Part shown: positions 27,497 through 37,272 of the stretch, piece by piece
Layout of the letters: each line of letters starts with the position of its first letter
Numbering within the stretch: the first letter of the stretch is position 1
Assembly (NCBI RefSeq): GCF_037042905.1
Contig: NC_087251.1
Span: forward strand, 41,666,001-41,730,000
Length of the DNA stretch: 64,000 nucleotides
Source of the DNA: Lytechinus pictus
Taxonomy: Eukaryota
Direction of reading: 5' to 3'
The notes under the pieces: model-generated
Seen by the model: the letters and a program-made list of their open reading frames with translations, nothing else
Told to the model about the DNA's origin: nothing
The model's database searches: none
Made by a program: the position numbers and the translations under genes

Positions 27497-30400
27497 CTAC
27501 TTATAACATACCCCTCCACATTTGCAAAGTGCAGTACATTCCAGCTTTGTCTTGAAGCACTTGCAGTTTCCCTTGCAAGATTTGATGCAGTTACAGGAAA
27601 TTAATTCAAGACAAGCTGCTTCGGCGATGGGCAAGGTGGACCACTTAGGAACAAAACCATCTGATTCGGTCGATTCCCACCCCCATTCAGTGACATCAGG
27701 AATTTGAGGTTGTATTTCAAGTGATTGTCCCCACACATGGCCTGACTGGTAAGCTGATCGCTTGATGTGTTGTTCTAAGACAGCTCTTGTGGGAGGGATG
27801 TTCTCGATGTTTCTTTTCATTTTTGCGAAAAGTTCCATTCTGGCTTCATTGACACGAGTCTCATCACTGGTCCGGCAGTACATCAGGACAACGAATCGTT
27901 CAAGTTCTAGAACAACTTCATCTGGTAGTTGTGCTGTACACGGCCGTGACAGTGCAACAAACGTGTTGGTGATATCTGGCCATGCAAGCAAAGTTTTCCA
28001 TGCAGATTTCTTCCCGTGGTTGGCGAAGTAGGATGTTACATCACATCCAGTGAATGCGTGAAAGAAAAGCAATCCTTTGGCCATCTCTGGGGATATTGCA
28101 TGGGCAATCTCATGGATTGGAATGTACCTGAAATCCTTGCCAGTTCCAAAAGCTATCCAGAGTTGCTCGATGTCTGGCAAGTCCTGGAAATGGGCAAGAG
28201 CGAGCACAACAACATCAGTATCAACAGTTCGTATCATTGCTCTCTTGAACCCGCAGTTCATAGCATCTTTGACATGAAGAAGGATACGCGTATCTGCTTC
28301 TTCATGCGAGCATGGTTGAAGTCCATCTGTGGTGTAATCCTCTCTAGAGGTGACAACAGAGTCCAGTAGGGTGGAAATGATGACCTTGTCACCTGTGTCC
28401 TTGGAAACACATTGTTGTCCTAGGAATTGGAAGAGTTCATCCTTATTGTTATCATTCCGCAAGAAGTTTTTCCAGTTCCCTGGAAGCTTCACATTACCAG
28501 ACACCCTCTTCCTTGTGCCTGTACCTCTGTTTGCTCTTGTTGAAAGCTTTAAACTGTTCTTGAGATACACGTCCCAAACAAGATCAACCCGCTTGACCTT
28601 TCCAAGTTCAAACAAGATGTGCGGGATGAATACTTCCTGTGCATATTCAGCAAAGGTTTTTGATTCCTTAACTGGAATCAGATGCACAAGCGCCGCACCA
28701 TCAAGGATTGTCACATCTGTAGATGGAGTGTTTGTGACAGCTGACGGAGTATTGAGGAGAGTCTCTAGCAATCTAACCAGATCTGATTTGGTTCCTTGTT
28801 TAAGTGTTCCAGACGAAGAAAGTGATGGGGGATATTTTTGGTTTTCATGCTTGAAGAACTCTTTGATGTCACCTTCTCTTGTCTGACTGGCAATGTATAG
28901 TCGTGAGAACAATGCGCAGTCGCTCTTCAGATCTATTATTGTCTGCTTTTCCTTGGATGGACCCACATGCTTTCGATTGCGGAAAAGTGGAAGTGAATTT
29001 CGTTTGATGGGTGCACTGATGGGTGTTTCGTTTTTCAAGAGGCGTTCCTCGATGAAGGTTTCATACTTCTTCTCTCCCAGGGTGTGAACTTGCTCCATAC
29101 TCTCCACAACTTTCTGCGGCATGACTTCTTGTGAATCTATTGTTACCAATTCCTTTGAACGATCCATGAATGGATTCCCCAACTCATCCATTACAGCAAC
29201 AAGGGATCGCACATCATCAGCAAAGGATTTTTGCGCCGATGGACTCTGTTCATGATGCTTTGGATTAGTATCCACAGGTGACTTGTCAGCACTGCTCTCA
29301 TACTCTTCAATGACCATGGCTAGATGCGGCCCTGCCACCATCCATCGTCGTAGGGCACCTGGATCTTCTGTCAGACCGATGGCTCCTCCGTTACCCTTGA
29401 CTTGAGCATTCACCTGCTCATGCGCGTGATCCAAACCAATTGCAGAGTATAGATTCCCAGTTTTGTTTGATGTGAATGCACCACGCATGAAGTGTTCATG
29501 TACATCTGGGCACTGCTTGGCAAGTCTTGCCATGTCCTTAATGTGTACAGGGATCCAACGGGCATAGTGGATATGGTCTAGCGCAAAGAACCATGGAGCT
29601 AGTTGAGACAATGTCTGCACGTACAACTCAAAATTTGATGTCCGAATCGATCGCACAAATGCCAACAAAGTCAGTTCTAGATCAAGCACTGTGCTCCAAA
29701 ATCGAAACATAGGGTAGAACTTGCTTTGCTGCTCACACCATTCTGTGAAGCTCTCCTCGGCAACAGGATACTGATGGATGGCTGATTCTTTTTCCTTCCT
29801 GAAAGATTGCCTTTGGAGAATGTACAGTGAAGAAGCAGTAATTTGATGGGCTCTCCTTGTCCGTGCTACATGTGATGCATGAATGAAACTATCCGCTGTC
29901 CCTTGTGTAGCAACTCCTGCTTGGGCGATAGCATTACTCCAACCAGTCATATCCAGCAAATCACCAAGCATTTTCAAGACAGCCATTTCGATATGAAGAG
30001 GGCCTAACATCATCACATACTTGTCTTCACCATAGCGCTCTGGGAATCGCCACTGGATCTGTTTCCCAAGGGCATACAAAGGTTGGTCCATCGTCAATAC
30101 TGGTGTTTGTCCTGGGTTTAACAAGTGTGTTGCTTGTTGGTTTGTATACATGCAATGTATTATTGTTGCAAATGAGTGTGATACTTCACGAAATAATGGC
30201 ATCAGTGCAATTGTAGTCGGCAGCTTACATGTATGTTGCATCTGCATATTTGCATGGTATGCAGCCCATGACACAAAATCACCAACCGAAAGGTCACCTT
30301 CTTCCATCAAAGATAACTGCTTCTCAAGCCATTTTTTCTCATTAATGCGGTCTTCATCAAACTTGTCCCTATCTGGTCGCATTGGTCCGTACGTCACTGG

Positions 30401-31472
30401 TGCTTTGTATTCCTTCGGCATTGATGGTGCAGGCAAGATGTTTGTGTATGCCAGAGGAAGAGGATGGATTCGCTTGCCTGTCTCCATGTCAACGAGACCT
30501 ATCGGGTCAGCATCTGTTCCTTGATTGTTCTCAGTGGGGTGCTGACACAAGGAATGGGCAGTTCCATGAAAAGAGCCAACTGCTGTCGTTGCGCTGGGAT
30601 TATGATCAATGTTGTCAACCTGTCCTGTCGTGAAAAGATCTTTCTTCAACTGAGGCGGGCAGACTACTCCATTCTCCTCAAAGCGATTGATGATGCCATT
30701 TGCGATAGATGATGATATTTTGAGAACCCGATCATATGATATTGCCAATCCATGCTTGTGGAGGCTGTCAATCAATTCACGATTTCGTGTCTGCGCATGA
30801 ACTTTCAGGCCTATGTAAGTCGGTACAGGGACCTCTCTGTCAGCGTTATGTCGAACTGCATCTTTCTTCACACGATTGCCCTGTATGCTATTGAATATTA
30901 TGAGTTCACTAATGGTTCGAGCTGCTCGTGTCGACGAACCATCTTTTCGCGTCTGCGACTTGATACTCGGACCATCAAGGATCATATTGACCAGTGCCAG
31001 CAGTCTGCTAGGAACTGTGTTTTCAGCTGAATCATTTATCAAGGATCCATTGAATTTTCTGCCTTGGGAGAAAAGTTGCTTCCTGATAATTAAAGCTGCA
31101 TTTGCCAGTTGTAGCGCTTCAGAATCATCATCATCAAAGCATGTCATTTGGATGGCATCTCCGATCGCAGTGTCGTATGTCAGGAGAACATCTCTTCCTT
31201 GCCTCACAGCTTTCAGATATGGACAATGCAATAGGAGCCGCTCTTTAAGACGGGTTGAATTGACCTTTATCTCTGTATTGTCCGGACTCAGTTCCACCAG
31301 GCGCTCTGTGTACACAGAGACAAGGTCTACAAGACGGAAGACAGGAACACTAGGCCCAACCATCCTCCTTTCATCAATGTAAGAGATCAGCTCCGCAAGT
31401 GCGATACTTTTATGGGACGAGTCGTGACTGTCAGAAGAGCCTTGAAGTCTTGTGTTTCTCACCCGTTTATAC
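27497..31472 (-). CDS. Academ transposase coding exon 2: DDE-type core, XPG/FEN1-like nuclease, CXC/Cys8 finger
   Basis: Open for 1324 codons. Core motifs GQVDNIDH, LTMDQPLY, LGPLHIEM, DHAHEQ; nuclease motifs LDG, VWDVY, HEEADTR, DTDV, FTGCDVTSYFANHGKKSAW; C-terminal CNCIKSCKGNCKCFKTKLECTALCKC. CTCTCTACAG acceptor ends at 31473. Confidence 0.88.
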
Positions 31473-31838
31473 CTGTAGAGAGAATGTGAAACGTAAATTA
31501 ATGGGAAGTTTGAAGTCCAAAACATTTGTAAAATATCTGTTCAGAATTTAAATATTCTTTTGAATTTCATAAAATTTTATTTATTTTCAATTATATTTTG
31601 TATCAAGATCAGTTTAGAATGTTTCATTTATATTAAATCATAAATATAACACAGACATTCAAAAGCAAACACACAATTTTACATGCATTTATTTATCGAT
31701 GCCTAAGCACCAAAAGGAATTTTGCAATTTTGTGCTGGGAGGGTACATACTTTTATATATTCCTCTGAAAAAAAAGCAAATTTTGATATCATATTCTAAT
31801 ATCACCACCACACAGATCTTTGATACGATAACGCAATT

Positions 31839-32638
31839 CGTCGATGGGCTGATAAAACCTCGTATCTCAAAAAAGCAAACTTTTCAGGAGAGCGAAAAAA
31901 CTTTCTTATTTTAAGAAATTATGTGAATATTCTATGTTATTTGAACTGAATACTATGTTTGATAATTGAATTAATATGAGATGGTTGGAACGTGCAATAT
32001 ATAATTGTGAAGGGGATATAATGAGTTACGAGGTTTTGGCACAAGAAAAAAAATCATAAAATGAGATAGGAGGTTTTTGTACAAATTATGAAATTTGATA
32101 TATTTTATAAGAATATGCAACTCATCATTCTTTGTTATGACTATAAGAAGGTAAATTACACCTTACACTTCACATTCATGAACAAAAAAGAGTAATTTTA
32201 ACCTGAAAAAGAGTGATTTCATAAAAAATTAAGATACAAGGTTTTATCAACCCAGCGTACCTAACGTTCATGGGCTGTTAAAACCTCGTATCTCAAAAAA
32301 ACCGAAATTTTTAGTAAAACGAAGAAAACAATCTTCCTTTCAAGAAACCATGTGTGTAGGCAATGTTATTTGAACCTTAGACAATGTTTGTTAATCATTT
32401 CGATTATGTGAAGTGGTTGAAATGCACTAAATATAATTTAGAAGGCGGGAAATGGAGTTACGAGGTCTGTGCACTTGGCCAAATTTGAATAAAAAGTTGA
32501 GATACAAGGTTTTTTTAAAGATATACAACTCCTGGGGTTTTCAGGAGATGAATTATACCTTAAACATCACATTTATATTTAAAAAAAAAATCATTTTCAC
32601 AAAAATTTGAGATACGAGGTTTTATCAGCCGATCGACG
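31839..32638. mobile_element. Head-to-tail dimer of a ~400-bp MITE inside the transposase intron
   Basis: Outer TIRs CGTCGAT(G/C)GGCTGATAAAACCTCGTATCTCAAA at both ends; an internal TIR-TIR junction at about 32230-32300; the two halves are alignable direct repeats. Confidence 0.75.
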
Positions 32639-33085
32639 GCATGTATCAGCATCAAACGATATAAAGCCTGGTATGAAACAAAAGATTTGAGGAAAACTTT
32701 TTACTAATTTTCTGGAAGGTTGCTATTTGACCATTAGTTATTTACAAATATGTGAGTGCAGTCTCATTTTGTTAGTAGATTTGAACATTTTGGTCTGTGA
32801 AAAAAAAAAAAAATCTGATATGCACTTTTCCTATGATCGTAAACTTTGTATTATTATATTTAACTGTTTGAAAGTTAATTTGAAATCATTATTCTTCCCA
32901 CCAAAATACTACAACCATAGAGATATAAAAACATGGCACATGATTTGTGGGCAGTGTCTACTTTTTGTCAATCTAGGCAGCTATCAACATTTAAAACTCT
33001 CCATAATCCTTTACTTATATTTCATGTTGCAATGAAACATCATCATAGGTCGCCCCTCACACCAATTTCTCATAAATCAACTCAC

Positions 33086-33732
33086 CTGTTGTATAGATCC
33101 GACAGGCAAGTCTTGTGATACTTTGCATCCAGTGCTATCATATCACCTGGGGCCAATTTAGCCAGGAGTCTTGTATCTTGAAGCTCTGTGGCATTCTTTC
33201 GAACTGTCTGGTCTATCCCAGTTGTTGTAACATCATGCAGTCCTGCAGTTCCAGCTTCTTTATCACAGAAAAAGCAAAGAGCTTGTTTCTGTCCAGTGGA
33301 ATGGTAGTCTTGAACACTAGTCCGTCTCACTTTAACTCTGCTGCTGCAGCTGATACCGTTGTCTGGTTCTAGTTCACGCTTTTCTATTTGCCGATCCAAT
33401 CTCATGTCACTGAACATATTCCGGCAAGTCTTATGCCACATTGCTTTGTTCGTTTGTAATGTCTCTTCAATGCCAGACCCATCGTCTAATTGTTCAGGAA
33501 CAACATTCAAAGGAACTTTGCCTAGTTCTTTAAATTTTAACAGATTTGTTGCGAATGACTGATAACTTGTCCCTTTAGCTTCATGATTCCCTCGCCCTCT
33601 ACCCTTCCAAGGCTGGGTAAGATATTCAGACGATTTCTCTTGACAGAGAATGCAGAGGGTCCAGTCCAATGGCGGCCGCTTTACTTCAGCCATTTCGCCA
33701 GGCTTTACTAGTCTGAACAGCTTCGACATCAT
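33086..33732 (-). CDS. Academ transposase coding exon 1 (two CxxC...HxxC putative zinc-binding units)
   Basis: ORF with LDWTLCILCQ...WHKTC and CFFCD...YHKTC. AACAG|GTGAG donor (phase 2) splices to 31472 in frame, giving ...LYN-R-YKRVRN. Confidence 0.85.
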
Positions 33733-33949
33733 GCATCACACAAGTGCTGCTGGACTGTGGGTAGCATCTGCACATCGGCACACTTGCTAACTGTTGCTAT
33801 TCTCAACCCTGATTATCTTCCTCTTGATCCTGGAAAAAAAAAAGAAGAAATGGCTTATGATAAAGCGATAAGCAATAATCATGATGAAAGACTTGTAAGA
33901 ATATAGCAAAAAGTGTTAAAAACTTCTCAATGAAGGTTTTAGCCAAATG

Positions 33950-34413
33950 CAGTGCTGCCAACACTGCGTGAGACATTTTAAATATTACTTGGCACGGTGA
34001 AACAGGCAACTAAAACAAAATTTACACAATGATTTGAATGAAAAAGATGAAGCATACTTCCAACAGCTGAATCAAATATTTTGTTCATTAGACAATGATA
34101 TCTATTGCTTAAAAAAGTATTCGTTTGAGTGTCAAAATAATTCTCTTTATTACTGGGTGTATTGGCAGGGATCTTTGTTTTATTTTGAAATAACTTATTT
34201 TTAAATAACAAAGGCATTTATTTCAGCTGCTGCAGCTTTTTGGATGGCTTATTTTTAAAGAATAAAGGCATTTGTATCAGCTAATACAGCTGGTTGGAAA
34301 GTTCTTGGCTTTATTCTATTGTTTATATTCTGTATTTATTTGCTGAAGTACTACCTTAGCAGCTAAAATATTGCCTTAAGCTTCAAATGTCTCACGCCAT
34401 GTTGACAGCCCTG
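33950..34413. mobile_element. MITE with CAG...CTG ends (hAT-like) nested in the Academ 5' region
   Basis: TIR CAGTGCTGCCAACACTGCGTGAGACATTT / AAATGTCTCACGCCATGTTGACAGCCCTG; degenerate flanking duplication CAAATG/CAAATA; absent from the paralogous site at about 35145-35165. Confidence 0.7.
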
Positions 34414-37102
34414 CAAATACGATATAATCATAGTGTAATGCACGGTGACCATCTTGTGGTGTATCATGACAGGCTGTATTTCAAAATACAAAAAAAAAGA
34501 ATACGAAAACATCTTTATGGAATGCAAATATTTGATTCATCAGCCCCCTCCCCCCAAAAAAAATCTTTAAATGTCCAGCAAACATATCATACCCCACTGT
34601 TTTCAGTTTCTTTTACACATCTTCTTTAAGAGACAATTATAATGAATGAATGCTAAACTCACCTAATTTTGTCCAACCAGAAGTCTATGCCTTTGGAAAG
34701 GAGGGTGCGTGTCTTCAGAAGAGAGGGTGATTGTCTTCTTCACTATCTGATGAACAGAAAGAGAAAAAAGAAATGTTTTCACCCTTTTCATGCTTTTCTA
34801 CATACAATGGAGACCAAAGTTAGATAATATTGTATTAAATTTTAAATTAAAATAGGATGGGGTTAGGTGTTAACAAAAGTAAACTGTCTATTTTTATTTT
34901 CAATTTTGCTAAAATTATGCATCAGATGATACAAAATATCATGAATATAATTTTGAAGTAACATAAGCAATAATTCTCAAGAGATTCATAAAATAATCAA
35001 TGCCATCTTGTTGAAATTAGAATTCTAAAATCGTATGTTCGGATACCCAACCTTTCCGGACGCTCAAAAATGCAATAATCACGGGGAAAGACTTGTAAGA
35101 ATATAGGGGGAAAAAAAGGTCAAAACTTCTCAATAAATGTTTTAGCCAAATACAACAAAATCATAGTGTGAAACACGGTGGTCATCTTGGCGTGTATCAT
35201 GACAGGCTGTATTTCACACAAGCCCTGTCACAATTACGACGAAGAATACAAAAATATCTTTATGGAATGCAATATTAGATTCATCAAACCCTCCCCCCCC
35301 CCATTTCAAGAAAATATATCATACCCAACTGTTCTTTGTTTCTCTTATGCATCTTCTTTAAGATACCATTATGATGAATGAATGCTAAACTTACCTAATT
35401 GTGTCCAACCAGAAGTCCATGTCTTTGGAAGAGAGGGTGTATGTCTTCTTCACTATCTGATGAACAGAAAGAGAGAAAAAAAAATGTTCATAAACTTCTT
35501 AAGCTTTTCTGAAATGGAGACCAAACTGGGTACCATTGCATTAAAAGAATGTGGGTTGGGTGTCCAGAGGCTTAACAAAAATAAATTGTCTAGTTTTTAT
35601 TTTCAATTTTGCCAAAATGATGCACCCGATAATAGAAAATATCATGAATATATCTCATTTTGAATAATACTAGTATTAATTCTCAAGAAATTCATAAAAT
35701 AATTAATGCCATCTTGTTGAAATTAGAATACTAAAATTGTTTGGATACCCAACCTGTCCGGACATTCAAGAACTAGGTATAGTCTACACTGTATTCTAGA
35801 AAGAGAATTGAAATTTCTATTGTTGCCAACTTGAGGAAGGAATGGCAATTGCCTCTGCTGCAACACCATTCCTGTCCTGAATGGATTAGAGTAGGTACAT
35901 TTTCTACTTTTTTATATTTATAAACAAAAAGAATGATATTCAAATACACTGTGCATTGATCTTAAATTATCTTTAATGAATTAACTCCATTGCTTTTTCA
36001 GTCAAGGTCTACAAGACTACATTATGGTCCTGATGTAGGTCTAGACTAAGTTTAGATATACATGCTTTTGATTACTTTACACCACATTTATTCTATAAAG
36101 GAGACAATAATAGTTGTATTCTAGTGAATCCTTTCTTGAATTCACAATTTCAGTGAAATCTATGATACCATATTATGCCTGGATCCTATCCTGGCTTCGG
36201 CCTAATGATCCTGAATTCGAGGCTAGGCTAGACTACCTTAGGGACTTAGGCTTAGCTAAGGCTTAGGCCTAATTGAAAGATCACAAAAATCTATGATGAC
36301 TCAACATTTTAATTCTCTTCAAAATTACCAGTGGAGACTGCATGTATACAACTTCATTTGACTGTTAAAAACTCTTCTGAATGATCATAGATCTATATTT
36401 GTAGACCTAGAGGTCTATGTAAATCTAGGCATACGTGCAAACATCACTTCTGTCAACCCGACATGATTTTGACTGGATGGGACTGGTGAACAGTACAACT
36501 ATTTAACATGAAAAATATTGGAAATATAAGCATTTATCTTGATAAAAATGTATTGTTTCATAACAACTACAGCATTGAAATATCATTTTCTACATGAGTT
36601 AATGCTAAACTTAGCAGAGACTTACCAGAGTAGACTGCCAAGAGATGTCAATAGATGAACAAAACTTTTGACCAACCAGAATGAAGCAGCTGTCCATATC
36701 TCCACAACAGAGGGCGCATGTCTTATTCACTTTTGTGATTCTGAAGAACTTGTCATTACTCTCTTTCAAGGGTTATAACTTTTTGGTAAAAAGTGTAATA
36801 ATCACCAACTTTTCACAATCTATTCAGCATACTTGAGGATATTTTTAAAAATTTATTTGATGACATTTAGTTGAATAATGATCATTTGATAGAATTTTGA
36901 ATCTCATGGTAAATCTGCAATTTTCAGAAAAATGTAAAACAAATAGGTTTTACTCCCATTATCAATAGAAACGAAAATTTTAAAAAAATCTTAATTGGTT
37001 CCATTATGCTAAGAATTTAATTTTCTTTAAATCCATACCTCATACATGTTTAAAACATGTTTTACAAGAAAGTTATAAGCTATTTTGTACGCTGGTGTTA
37101 AA

Positions 37103-37272
37103 ATTTTGGCGGCCATATTGGAATTCAAAATGGCGGCCGCCAGAGGGCGCTATTTTTTTGGATCCATTTTTTTTAATGATCCCTAATTATCATAGATACT
37201 ATGTGCAAAGTTTCACGCTTTCTTCAAAAAGTGAACGATTTGGATGTATTTTGGGTCTTAGCCGCTCCACTA
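37103..37272 (-). repeat. Right TIR of the Academ element
   Basis: Inverted copy of 26407-26566, ending CCACTA followed by the TSD TTG. Confidence 0.92.

Larger units (their letters stand above)
26407..37272 (-). mobile_element. Full-length Academ-superfamily DNA transposon (XPG-containing type), 10,866 bp, in the Otx homeobox intron
   Basis: Termini TAGTAGAGCGGCTAAG ... CTTAGCCGCTCCACTA; 3-bp TSD TTG (26404-26406, 37273-37275); imperfect TIRs 26407-26566 and 37103-37272. Encodes a ~1540-aa protein with a transposase core, XPG-like domain and Cys8 finger, the described Academ architecture. Confidence 0.88.

Noticed and set aside
27522..31382. Several 60-180-aa plus-strand ORFs
   Set aside because: Antisense shadows of the transposase ORF.
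27497..31525. Host DNA-repair gene (XPG/FEN1/GEN1) or tesmin/LIN54 gene, and the ORF-track start at 31525
   Set aside because: The ORF is bracketed by TIRs and a TSD and has Academ domain order. The first ~17 residues of the track ORF are intronic, upstream of the acceptor at 31473.
36220..36275. Telomere-like TTAGGG/TTAGGC run inside the transposon
   Set aside because: Only one TTAGGG and a few irregular TAGGC units; too short and degenerate to call an interstitial telomere.
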